Shown here: positions 9,137-18,804 of the stretch, in pieces
Numbering within the stretch: position 1 is the first letter of the stretch
Layout of the letters: every line of letters starts with the position of its first letter
NCBI GenBank assembly: GCA_963701295.1
Contig: OY969585.1
Location: 2,272,001 to 2,336,000, forward strand
Length of the DNA stretch: 64,000 nt
From: Ignavibacteriota bacterium
GTDB taxonomy: Bacteria; Bacteroidota; Ignavibacteria; UBA10030
Reading direction: 5' to 3'
Program-made: the position numbers and the translations under genes
Notes under the pieces: generated by a model
Database searches by the model: none
What the model saw: the letters and a program-made list of their open reading frames with translations, nothing else
Told to the model about the DNA's origin: nothing

Positions 9137-11683
9137 ATGAGATGTGATAATAATAGAATGAGAACTTATTTGGGAAAAATTGCAATTGCTGTATGTTTTT
9201 ACTTTGTGTTTACAATTGTAAATTTTCAGCAGCTCAATGCACAAGGAGTTGTGGGGACGGAACCGCAGGTAGTAAAATGGTTGTCGACAAGTGCATTACG
9301 TTCTTGGTTCTCGAATCTGGGAGCAGAAATTGAATTTGGAAGGCGAGACAGGCAAACATATATTGCTGTAGATCAGATTGATGGGTTATGCTGGCCGAAT
9401 GAATTTAATGTAAGAATGAAGGGTGTAAAGGCAGCAAAAGCATTGTGGATTGGCACAACAAATTTTACTGATCCGGTTTCCAATGCCAATTATCCATATA
9501 AAGTCGTTTGCATTGGAAAAGACGGAATATATCCAGGAACGGAGATTTTTGCAGATGAATTATCTTTAATAGGCAAATTTCCACATCCCAATGTCTATGT
9601 AGATGAGACACGTGCTTCCGCACGCGATTATGATGATATTATTGATGAACAAGATAATACTCAAGCTGCAGACAGAGTAATGATGAATAGATTTCATACA
9701 AGTATTGGAGTGTCTGTAACAAGGAAAGTATTGTCTTTTTCTCAACAGTATAATAATAACTACTATATTTATGAATATACGTTAAAAAACACCGGCATTA
9801 TTGATGAAAGCGGTCAGAAAAAAATAAATAATACTCTCACGGGAGTTGTATTTTATACTCAAACCCGGGTATCCCTCGATGGGGTATCGTATACTGGAAT
9901 AGGGTTAACAGGCGCTGGTGGTTGGGCTCCCTCTGGAACTACATGGGGCAGAAATACAATTACTGATGTAATGAGAAAAGATGGCGATAACCCAGGCGAA
10001 TTCAGAGCTAATATTTCCTATTGGGGACCAATGTCCACGACTCCTTATGGAAGCCCGGCAGGAGATATTGGCCTCCCCGGACCGGCTTCGACAAATGTGA
10101 CGGAATTGGCAGGATATGAGTTTGTAGGAACTGTTGTATTGCATGCAGATAATGCGCCTGGTGATCCGACGGATGATATAACACAACCAAAAACAACGTT
10201 GTATGTAGGGGCCGACAATCCAATTGACCGAAATAACCAACCAACTCAATATAACTCAAATTTGATGGCGCAAAAATATGTATCCTATATGACTGCAGGC
10301 CACGGTGGACAAACTGAGGCGCAGCAGGTAGGAGAAGATGCAAATGGTTGGCCAACTGGACCTGGAAATACTTTTGGAACAGATGCGGGTGGATATATGT
10401 CCGCGCAAGGTTTTGGGCCATATACTCTTAACCCCGGAGATAGCATACGTATTGTGGTAGCAGAAGCTGTCGCAGGTATAAACTGGAATAAAGGATGTGA
10501 AGTTGCAAGAAATTGGTTTGCAAATAATACTTCTGCATTTATCCTTCCTGGCCCTCCTGGCTATAAAGGTGGCACGACAACGGATAAGAATGAGTATAAG
10601 AATGCCTGGGTGTTTTCAGGCAAAGATTCTTTATTCCAGACGTTCAGAAGGGCATTAGCAAATTATAATAGTAACTATGCGATACCGCAGCCGCCCCCGC
10701 CACCGGATAAATTCTTAGTTAATTCGGGTGGGGATCGAATAACAGTTTCTTGGTCTAACAGTGCCGAATCGAGCCCACATTTTGACGGATACAGGCTCTA
10801 CAGGAGTGAGGGCAAAACAGACACAACGTATGACCTCATTCTTGATTGCGGCAAGAGTACGGGTAATCTTGTAAATTCATATGCTGATCAAAATGCGAAA
10901 CGTGGATTTAACTATTATTACTATATTCAATCGAAAGATGATGGATCAACTAACCCCGGCGATGCTGCTCTCAATATAGCTGCAGGTGAACCCTTAGTAA
11001 GCAGCAGATATTATACGATGACGAATAACCCGGGATATCTCACACGTCCTGCTGGAGTTGCTCTAACAACTATATCTAACACTTTTACCTTCAAAGGTAA
11101 TGATACTCTTGTGAATTTTGGATTTCCACCGGGGGTATCTGTCGCAGATTCTACAGGCACCGTAGTGAATGGTATATCCGTCAGTGTCAATGGTGTCAGG
11201 CAAATTCCTGCATTATATACAATATGGGTTAACCCAACAAGACTTCTTAGTCCTGGCGTTTTAAGACCTGATACATTAAGATTTGTTGTACCTCCGCTTG
11301 GGACAATTGAGGTAAAAGTAATATCTCCAACCGGCAATAGGAGCTATAAACTTTCAGAAATAAGAGTTGTTCCAAATCCTTTCAATATAAAAGCGAGGAA
11401 CATTCAATATGGAACGGCTGATCCGACAACTTTGGATCGACTGGGATTTTTTAACTTACCGCCTATCTGTCAAATAAAAATCTATACTGAATTGGGTGAT
11501 TTAATTGCAACAATAAATCATACGAATGGTAGTGGCGACGACTACTGGCAATCACTTACTTCTTCAAGACAAGTCGTTGTGAGCGGATTATATATAGCTT
11601 ATATTGAAGTTACTGAGAATTCTTCTGATGGGAATTATAGAAAAGGTGATAGTATTGTTAAGAAATTTATTATCATTAGATGA
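9137..11683 (+). CDS. Large secreted hypothetical protein with Fn3-like domain and T9SS-like C-terminal sorting domain variant
   Basis: Signal peptide (..QQLNAQ). P-rich linker PQPPPPP, then Fn3-like ITVSW...FDGYRLYRS...YYYYI. C-terminal IRVVPNPF...FFNLPP.CQIKIYT...SGLYIAYIE...KKFIIIR. Confidence 0.65.
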   Translation: MRCDNNRMRTYLGKIAIAVCFYFVFTIVNFQQLNAQGVVGTEPQVVKWLSTSALRSWFSNLGAEIEFGRRDRQTYIAVDQIDGLCWPNEFNVRMKGVKAAKALWIGTTNFTDPVSNANYPYKVVCIGKDGIYPGTEIFADELSLIGKFPHPNVYVDETRASARDYDDIIDEQDNTQAADRVMMNRFHTSIGVSVTRKVLSFSQQYNNNYYIYEYTLKNTGIIDESGQKKINNTLTGVVFYTQTRVSLDGVSYTGIGLTGAGGWAPSGTTWGRNTITDVMRKDGDNPGEFRANISYWGPMSTTPYGSPAGDIGLPGPASTNVTELAGYEFVGTVVLHADNAPGDPTDDITQPKTTLYVGADNPIDRNNQPTQYNSNLMAQKYVSYMTAGHGGQTEAQQVGEDANGWPTGPGNTFGTDAGGYMSAQGFGPYTLNPGDSIRIVVAEAVAGINWNKGCEVARNWFANNTSAFILPGPPGYKGGTTTDKNEYKNAWVFSGKDSLFQTFRRALANYNSNYAIPQPPPPPDKFLVNSGGDRITVSWSNSAESSPHFDGYRLYRSEGKTDTTYDLILDCGKSTGNLVNSYADQNAKRGFNYYYYIQSKDDGSTNPGDAALNIAAGEPLVSSRYYTMTNNPGYLTRPAGVALTTISNTFTFKGNDTLVNFGFPPGVSVADSTGTVVNGISVSVNGVRQIPALYTIWVNPTRLLSPGVLRPDTLRFVVPPLGTIEVKVISPTGNRSYKLSEIRVVPNPFNIKARNIQYGTADPTTLDRLGFFNLPPICQIKIYTELGDLIATINHTNGSGDDYWQSLTSSRQVVVSGLYIAYIEVTENSSDGNYRKGDSIVKKFIIIR

Positions 11684-11729
11684 TTTTAGCCATCTATACG
11701 AGAATGTATATCGAATAGGAGATTAAAAC

Positions 11730-12728
11730 GTGAAGCGAAAACAAAATACGTGGTTTATTTTACTAATAATCGGGTTATGTACATCCATGACCTTTGGTCA
11801 AACAAAATTGGCCCAGACAGGATTCAATTTTTTGAGTCTCTCTTCTGATGCGAGATCGAGTGGATTAGGCGGCGCTGTAAATTCATTATCAGGATTCGCG
11901 GGAGCGATGTGGTCTAATCCGGCTTCTATGGCTGAAATGCCAACATATCTTAGCGTTTCTTTTGATATGAATAGATGGATAGCCGATATCAATTACTTGT
12001 CGTCTAGCGTGATCCTATCACCTTCTTCGGGAGATTATGGTACGTTCGGCCTCTGTGTGCAAACTGTTGATTACGGAGATCTTGATGGAACAATGGTTGA
12101 TAGGAATAATCCGAATGGATATGTTGAGACTGGCACTATAAATCCTACCGCACTTGCGGTAGGTCTTGGTTATTCTAAAATGATTAATAAGCAATTTGGA
12201 GTTGGTGCACGAATCAAATACGCATATCAATCGCTCGGTGAAAGTACGTTTTTCGATAATGTATCAGGGGATGTTACGACAAAGAAAAACAAAGCTGATG
12301 CAATTGCGTATGATTTTGGCACGATTTACAAGACAGGTATAAAAAGCATAGTATTTGGAATGTCGGTGACGAATTTTTCGAAGGAGATAACATTTGAAAG
12401 TGAAGGTTTTCAGCTTCCTTTGCTTTTTACAATTGGTATTTCAGCCAATCTTTTTGAGCTTATCAACACTCCACAATCTAATCAAGAGCTCTTGCTGACT
12501 GCTGATTGGAGTCACCCGAGATCACATCCTGAACAATTAAAAATTGGAGCAGAATATAGATTCAAACAATTACTTTCTCTGAGGGCTGGATACGTTAGCG
12601 GTAACGATGAAAACAGCTTCACTTATGGAGTAGGCATTTCTTCCTTCGGTCTTGAAGTTGATTATGCATATATCCCGTTTGGAGTATTTGGTAATGTTCA
12701 GCAATTCACAGCACGTGTTTCATTGTAA
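11730..12728 (+). CDS. PorV/PorQ (UPF0164)-family outer-membrane beta-barrel
   Basis: Signal peptide, TGFNFL...DARSSGLGGA...WSNPAS start, GAEY, LSLRAGY and VDYAYIPFGVFG near the C-terminus. These patterns are typical of PorV-like FadL-fold barrels. Confidence 0.8.
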   Translation: MKRKQNTWFILLIIGLCTSMTFGQTKLAQTGFNFLSLSSDARSSGLGGAVNSLSGFAGAMWSNPASMAEMPTYLSVSFDMNRWIADINYLSSSVILSPSSGDYGTFGLCVQTVDYGDLDGTMVDRNNPNGYVETGTINPTALAVGLGYSKMINKQFGVGARIKYAYQSLGESTFFDNVSGDVTTKKNKADAIAYDFGTIYKTGIKSIVFGMSVTNFSKEITFESEGFQLPLLFTIGISANLFELINTPQSNQELLLTADWSHPRSHPEQLKIGAEYRFKQLLSLRAGYVSGNDENSFTYGVGISSFGLEVDYAYIPFGVFGNVQQFTARVSL

Positions 12729-12746
12729 AAAGTGTAAGGGTAAATT

Positions 12747-14102
12747 ATGAAAAATGAAAAATTAAATCAGAGTATTTTTTCGAAAAGGACTTTTGCGAAG
12801 GGATGTATCTCACCTTGGTCGATTTTTGTTGCGTGTTGTATATTGATTATGCCGATACTTTTTATCGCTTGTGAATACGATAACAAGCCCGGAGTGATAT
12901 ATCCTGCAATGACGATCGATACCACCGGTAGGCCAGTTATTGCCAGCATTGCACCAGCGACTCAAGCTAGTGCAGGAGTGAGAGAAATAACAATCACTGG
13001 TGTGAATTTAGGAATAAAAAATGGCACGGATTCAATGTGGGTTTTTATTGGTGGTGTGCGACCAATAATCAAAGAAATACAGAATTCATATATAACTATA
13101 TATAGACCGCAATTATCAAGTGATCATTATGGCAAACCTATTTATGTGAGTGTCACGGATCCAAAAATATTGTCTGTATCTTCAAGCCTTACATACTCGG
13201 TAGAGTCCCCAGGTGCTGTTGTAGGAGCTTATGCTACCGCTACCTTTCCAACTCTACTGGCTGCCGAATGTGATAACCAAGCACAAGAAAATGTTTATAC
13301 GACTGCGGCGAAAAATGTCTGGAAAACCGATTTTGCAGGTGTAACACAGACCAATGAATTAAATCCAGTCAATTTATTGTCAAGTGACTATGCTTCAATT
13401 ACGGCTATGTCCTTTGGTCCGGGAGCGTATGAGAAAAATCTCTTTATTGCAGTTGGCAAAACCTATATTGCACGCGTGTTTGTTGCCGACACCACATCAG
13501 GTAATAAAAAGTATATACCCACAAAACTAACAGTTCCTGGAGCAGTGAGCCAACTGGACTTTGACGGAAATGGTAATATGTACACTGGTGGTAATGGAAA
13601 TCTTTATGTTGCTGATTCATCAGTTGGCACCAGCGCTGCTCCAACTTTTACTCCAATTTCGGGTTATACGGGTGGAAATATAACAAAAATTCGCGTAGTC
13701 AAAGAATCAGGCAATCAATATCTTTATGTTGCTGATTCTACACATGTTTGGAAAAGTCCAGCGGGAAGTTCTTTCAATGGCACTCTCTTGGTTGATTTGA
13801 GTACTCATCCTGAGTTAAGCGGATGTACCATTAGTTCATTTGATCTTGATGTAAATAGCTCTATTTTCCTATGCTTAAAAAATAATCCGAATTATTCGTT
13901 GTTTATAAGAGAAAACGATGGAGCTATTACTCCATTTTATAATGATCCAAATATTTTACCGAACACTGTTACCAAGCTGATGTGGGGTAATAGTAAGTAC
14001 CTATATTTAATGAGTACCACATTAACCGTAGATGGCAAAATATATAGGTTGACGTTAGATAGAAATGGAGCGCCTTACCAGGGCAGAGCATTTATAAAAT
14101 GA
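12747..14102 (+). CDS. Lipoprotein with IPT/TIG domain and beta-propeller-like repeats
   Basis: Lipobox-like LFIAC. PVIASIAP...EITITGVNLG IPT pattern. Repeated FDGNGNMY / LYVADS blade-like motifs. Confidence 0.6.
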   Translation: MKNEKLNQSIFSKRTFAKGCISPWSIFVACCILIMPILFIACEYDNKPGVIYPAMTIDTTGRPVIASIAPATQASAGVREITITGVNLGIKNGTDSMWVFIGGVRPIIKEIQNSYITIYRPQLSSDHYGKPIYVSVTDPKILSVSSSLTYSVESPGAVVGAYATATFPTLLAAECDNQAQENVYTTAAKNVWKTDFAGVTQTNELNPVNLLSSDYASITAMSFGPGAYEKNLFIAVGKTYIARVFVADTTSGNKKYIPTKLTVPGAVSQLDFDGNGNMYTGGNGNLYVADSSVGTSAAPTFTPISGYTGGNITKIRVVKESGNQYLYVADSTHVWKSPAGSSFNGTLLVDLSTHPELSGCTISSFDLDVNSSIFLCLKNNPNYSLFIRENDGAITPFYNDPNILPNTVTKLMWGNSKYLYLMSTTLTVDGKIYRLTLDRNGAPYQGRAFIK

Positions 14103-14378
14103 TAAAGTTTTTTTTGTTATGAGAAGGTGTGATAAAAACATCTAATTAAAAAACAGTTGATTTCTATATAATAAACAATTATCGTACAGTTAAGGTATTA
14201 TTTATCCAGTTGTGTGAAGGTCATCATATATAGAGGAAAGGAGGTACATAAAGGAAGAAACTGGTCACCAACGATTAAGAAAGGAGGAGTTTTTAAAATG
14301 GGGGGAAAAAATCTAAATGATATCTTTGGATACCTGCTAGATCAAATAATTCAAAAAAACAATTTTGGAGAAAACAAC

Positions 14379-16130
14379 ATGAAAAATGTACTATTATTTC
14401 TTCTTTGTCTGGTTTTTGTTGCCAGTCTAGTTGAAGCAAAGATAGTGAATGACAGTGTGTATCAAATTCCTAAAACAGCAGTGGCACCAGTGATCGACGG
14501 CCTACAAGACAATGTATGGAAAACTCTCGACTGGAATATGCAGCGGATTTACAATGTTGGCGATCCTCCAACTGCAACGAGCGGAGCTGATAGCGGTGCT
14601 GGTCTTACTGGTATGAGCAAAGCAATGTGGGATGCGAATAATCTTTATATTTTGTTCTACTCGATAGATGATATTCTCATAGATGTTCCGACGAACGCCA
14701 ATTGGAACCAAGATGCTATCGAAATCTACATTGATGGATCCGATAACCATGCCACAGAGACTTCCTTAGCAGCTGGTCAATACCAGTTTACTATTCCTCA
14801 TTGGCTAAAGGGCCAAGAAGTTGGGCATATCGGTACCGCGTTTGGGACTACTATTGACACAACCGGTATTCAATTCAAAATTTCCGATGTGGGTGATACT
14901 CTAGGTTTCCCCGGCTGGATGCTTGAAGTAAAGATTCCTCTTGCAGCTTTAGGCATTGATGGCACAACGGCGGATAATGCAAATATTGGTTGGGAATTAC
15001 AACAAGACGAATCGGATGACGCGACAATTGGACGACAATCCATGTCGAAATGGTGGAGTAGTTCAAACAATTCGTGGGCAAATGCAGGCATTTGGGGCAC
15101 CGCTATTCTTTCCAGTAGAAGTGTAGATACTGTATTTGAAATAAGCAAAGTGCCTACCGGTACAACTATAACTGTTGACGGAGTAATGGATCCGATCTAT
15201 AAACAAGCAAATGCTGTTACAATGAATTTGTTTAGAGTTGGAGATCCTCCCACTGCAGAAAGTCCGGTTGTAGATACAGATCCAATGTTCGGTTCATTCA
15301 TTACAGTTCGTCCACTTTATGACGATAATAATATGTACCTATTTTGCGATGTTGTGGATCAGGTTCTTGTAGATGTTCCGACGAACGCCGCATGGAACCA
15401 AGATGCTGTTGAACTCTACTTTGACGGATCCAATAACCATGCGACAGAGACTTCCTTAGCAGCTGGTCAATACCAGTTTACTATTCCTCATTGGCTAGAG
15501 GGCAAGGAAGTTGGGAATATCGGTACCGCGTTCGGGACTACTGTTGATACAACCGGTATTCAATTCAAAATGGTCGATCATGATATGGTAGGCAATAATG
15601 GCGTCATCACTGAAGAAGGAAGCGGTTATTATTTGGAAGTGAAGATTCCTCTTGCAGCTCTTGGAATTGACGGAACAAATCTCGGAGCAGGACTTGGATT
15701 CGAATTACAAAAAGATCAAAGTAATGACGCATCAGTAGGACGCGGAGGTATGGAAAAATGGTGGAATAGTTCAAACAATTCGTGGGCAAATGCAGGCATT
15801 TGGGGTTATGCAAAGTTGGGTTCCGCGATTGTTACGGGCGTAAATGGGAAACCATCGTCTGTCGTCAGTAGCTACAAACTGGAACAGAACTATCCGAATC
15901 CTTTCAACCCATCCACAAAAATTACTTTCGAACTTGCAAAAACTGAGAAAGTAAGGCTTGCAGTTTATAATTTATTAGGAGAGCAAGTTGCAGTATTGGT
16001 AAATGGAACGAGGAATGCTGGATCTCAGACCATTACTTTTGATGCAAAGAACTTTGCTAGCGGTGTTTATTTCTATAAATTAGAAGCTGGAAGCACAGTG
16101 TTAACAAAGAAGATGATGTTGCTGAAGTAA
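14379..16130 (+). CDS. Secreted protein with two tandem CBM9-like sugar-binding domains and a T9SS type A sorting domain
   Basis: GGAG RBS, ATG at 14379 and signal peptide. Two repeats with P.IDG, WD.NNLY, WNQDA.E.Y.DG and LEVKIPLAALG. C-terminal LEQNYPNPFNPST...SGVYFYKL...KKMMLLK. No catalytic domain seen. Confidence 0.75.
   Translation: MKNVLLFLLCLVFVASLVEAKIVNDSVYQIPKTAVAPVIDGLQDNVWKTLDWNMQRIYNVGDPPTATSGADSGAGLTGMSKAMWDANNLYILFYSIDDILIDVPTNANWNQDAIEIYIDGSDNHATETSLAAGQYQFTIPHWLKGQEVGHIGTAFGTTIDTTGIQFKISDVGDTLGFPGWMLEVKIPLAALGIDGTTADNANIGWELQQDESDDATIGRQSMSKWWSSSNNSWANAGIWGTAILSSRSVDTVFEISKVPTGTTITVDGVMDPIYKQANAVTMNLFRVGDPPTAESPVVDTDPMFGSFITVRPLYDDNNMYLFCDVVDQVLVDVPTNAAWNQDAVELYFDGSNNHATETSLAAGQYQFTIPHWLEGKEVGNIGTAFGTTVDTTGIQFKMVDHDMVGNNGVITEEGSGYYLEVKIPLAALGIDGTNLGAGLGFELQKDQSNDASVGRGGMEKWWNSSNNSWANAGIWGYAKLGSAIVTGVNGKPSSVVSSYKLEQNYPNPFNPSTKITFELAKTEKVRLAVYNLLGEQVAVLVNGTRNAGSQTITFDAKNFASGVYFYKLEAGSTVLTKKMMLLK
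14681..15805 (+). repeat. Intragenic direct duplication (CBM9-like domains, offset 690-708 bp)
   Basis: 14754-14807 is identical to 15444-15497 (54 bp). Further near-identical blocks, e.g. GTTCAAACAATTCGTGGGCAAATGCAGGCATTTGGGG starting at 15061 and 15769. Confidence 0.9.
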
Positions 16131-16149
16131 CATCAAAGGTAGATCAAGG

Positions 16150-16188
16150 AAAGCGTCTGTGGCAGACCTTGCACAGGCGCTTTTTTTT
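16150..16188 (+). terminator. Rho-independent terminator
   Basis: AAGCGTCTGTG...CACAGGCGCTT stem followed by a T8 run, 20 nt after the stop codon. Confidence 0.8.
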
Positions 16189-16228
16189 GTCAATTTGAAA
16201 CACTTTGTAGCCCTTGGAGTTATGCAAA

Positions 16229-18187
16229 ATGAATCTACATATCGTTGATATCGGAATTATCCTTTTATATTTAACTTCTACAATATTTATTGGATTCTAT
16301 ATTTCTAAAAAAGCTACCAAGGATATGAATAGTTACTTCCTTGGAGGCAACCGCATTCCTTGGTGGGTTCTTGGCATTTCTGATGCTTCGGGTATGTTTG
16401 ATATTTCCGGTACGCTGCTTTTAGTCTATTGGCTTTCTGTGTACGGAATGAAAAGCATATGGATACCTTGGATATGGCCGGTGTTTAATCAAATATTCTT
16501 AATGGTCTATTTATCGCCCTGGCTGCGAAGATCAAATGTGATGACAGGTGCAGAATGGATGAAAACCCGTTTTGGGACGGGAAAGGGTGCTACGCTTTCC
16601 CATATCGTAGTAGTGATATTTGCTCTTATTAGTGTTATCGGATTTCTCTCTTATGGGTTTAAAGGAATTGGAAAATTCGCCGTAGCATTTTTGCCAGCAT
16701 TGGTTACCAATCCGGAAACACTGGCTCACTACCCTCAAATAAATGCAAATCTGTATGCTCTTATACTTATGGGAGTAACGACGTTGTATGTTGTGAAGGG
16801 TGGGATGATGAGTGTCGTTGCAACGGAAATTGTTCAATATTGTATCCTTTCAATTTCCGCGATTGCAATAGGTATTATTGCAATGGTCAATGTCTCCCCG
16901 GCTATGATTAATAGTGTTATCCCGGAAGGATGGAAAAGCATGGCTTTTGGCCTGAATTTGAATCTGGACTGGTCGACAGTACATTCAAGTCTTGCTACAA
17001 AAGTAGTTGCTTTCAATCAATGGATTAAAACAGACGGCTATTTTATTTTTGGATTATTCTTTGGAATGATGCTCTTTAAAGGGTTCTTTGTTGCGGCAGC
17101 GGGTCCTGCGCCTAATTATGATATGCAGCGCATTCTTTCTACGCGAAGTCCGAAAGAAGCAGCTAAAATGAATTCCATGGTGAGTATTGTCCTAAATCCA
17201 ACCCGTTATTTTATGGTTGCAGGAATAACCGTACTTGCCCTGACAAATTTTGATGCACTTTATAAAAGCTCTATAACTACTCCCGATTTTGAAGGTATTC
17301 TATCTCAAGTTCTCGCCACTTATGTCCCTGTTGGCTTATTGGGTCTGCTGATGGCCGGTTTTATAGCTGCCTTTATGAGTAATTTTGCAGCAACTGTCAA
17401 TGCTGCACCTGCGTATATTGTCAATGATATTTATAAGCGTTATATCAATCCTCATGCAGAGCCAAAAAAATATGTCAGGATGAGCTATATTGCATCTGTT
17501 GCTGTTGTTATTGTTGGGATTACAATCGGATTCTTTGTAGAATCAATTAATCAGGTTGCACTTTGGATTGTTGCTTCGTTATGGGGCGGTTATACAGCAG
17601 CCAACGTCTTAAAATGGTACTGGTGGCGTTTCAATGGATATGGATATTTTTGGGGAATGGTTGCAGGTATGACGACTTCGTTAGTGCTGCTTATATTAAA
17701 AGACTTTGGTTTGATACCATTCTTGAATCATTGGCCTTTGTCCGAAAATTCAAGTATGAATTCGTTCCCCTTTATCTTTCTCAATTCTATCATCGGATGT
17801 TTAATCGGCACCTTCTTAACGAAACCTGAAAGTGATGAAGTGCTCATGAAGTTCTACCACAATGTTCGTCCTTGGGGCTTCTGGAAACCGATCTATGAAA
17901 AAGTTATGAAAATTGACCCAGAGTTTGAAGCGAATAAGAATTTCAAACGTGATATGTCTAATATCTTCGTTGGAATTATATGGCAGATAACACTCATGGC
18001 TACTCCGGTATTTTTAGTTCTTCGAGATTTCCATTCGTTCATGATTTGCCTTGGTGTGTTGGCAGTGACTTCACTTATATTAAAGTTCAATTGGTGGGAC
18101 AAACTTGAATCTTCGTATGGTGAACAAAAAACTAAATTCATATTTCCAGTGTCAGAGAATGGGACTTTAGTAGCGAAAAAAAAATAA
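16229..18187 (+). CDS. Sodium:solute symporter (SSS family), probable sugar/disaccharide transporter
   Basis: IVDIGIILLY...SYFLGGNRIPWW, RRSNVMTGAEWMKTRFG, MQRILS and GLLGLLMAGFIAAFMS, with about 14 TM segments. Confidence 0.88.
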   Translation: MNLHIVDIGIILLYLTSTIFIGFYISKKATKDMNSYFLGGNRIPWWVLGISDASGMFDISGTLLLVYWLSVYGMKSIWIPWIWPVFNQIFLMVYLSPWLRRSNVMTGAEWMKTRFGTGKGATLSHIVVVIFALISVIGFLSYGFKGIGKFAVAFLPALVTNPETLAHYPQINANLYALILMGVTTLYVVKGGMMSVVATEIVQYCILSISAIAIGIIAMVNVSPAMINSVIPEGWKSMAFGLNLNLDWSTVHSSLATKVVAFNQWIKTDGYFIFGLFFGMMLFKGFFVAAAGPAPNYDMQRILSTRSPKEAAKMNSMVSIVLNPTRYFMVAGITVLALTNFDALYKSSITTPDFEGILSQVLATYVPVGLLGLLMAGFIAAFMSNFAATVNAAPAYIVNDIYKRYINPHAEPKKYVRMSYIASVAVVIVGITIGFFVESINQVALWIVASLWGGYTAANVLKWYWWRFNGYGYFWGMVAGMTTSLVLLILKDFGLIPFLNHWPLSENSSMNSFPFIFLNSIIGCLIGTFLTKPESDEVLMKFYHNVRPWGFWKPIYEKVMKIDPEFEANKNFKRDMSNIFVGIIWQITLMATPVFLVLRDFHSFMICLGVLAVTSLILKFNWWDKLESSYGEQKTKFIFPVSENGTLVAKKK

Positions 18188-18230
18188 CAGAAAAAGGATA
18201 CAATGTTAGGAGTATGATCGTGAAGAAAGA

Positions 18231-18782
18231 TACCCCGGTTTCTAAACGCCGGGGTAGTTTTATAGTATACTGCTGTCAGCAAGCATCCGCTTATTATAAA
18301 GGGCATCTTATGACCCTTCATAAAGAAAGAATATTTCCCCATTCCTTAGCGAATTATAACATCGTCAGGAATTGTCTTCATACAATTCAGTATAGAATTG
18401 GATTTAAATATTGATAAAAATTGCAGGAAGTAAAACGGATAGAATTCCTATCAACTAATAAACTACCTCGGAGAAAGCTACGAGGTATTCAATCTGTTTC
18501 TTCTGGATTTCTCGCCTGCAGGACGATTAAAATCCGTTCCTCTTCATGGAACGAGATCTTGTCTCGAATCAATGAATCGAGACGGACATTCGGGAATGAC
18601 TTGAATATTGTTGAAAGCTGACATTAGCTTCATTCTCAGACTTCTCACCGTCATGCCCGTGGGATTTTGCGTTTTGTGCATCTACCGTCTTCTTAAAGGA
18701 TAGGCGGGCATCCATTGAATGCAGCAACCTGCCCGCCGGGCACTTACAGCGTGCTTATGGTAGGCAGGACTGCGGGGTATTA
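18231..18782. repeat. Cluster of short REP/MITE-like palindromic elements
   Basis: TACCCCGG/CCGGGGTA (18231-18256), TACCTCG/CGAGGTA (18464-18487), GTCTCGA/TCGAGAC (18561-18583), CGGGAATGAC (18591-18600), GTCATGCCCG...CGGGCATCC (18650-18712), CCTGCCCGCC...GGTAGGCAGG (18728-18768) and CTGCGGGGTATT (18770-18781). Confidence 0.55.
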
Positions 18783-18804
18783 AACGCGAAAAGGAATAAG
18801 TTTT

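Noticed and set aside
18214-18621. Short ORFs 18214-18414 and 18421-18621
   Set aside because: They run through palindromic repeat elements, have no recognisable motifs and are likely spurious.
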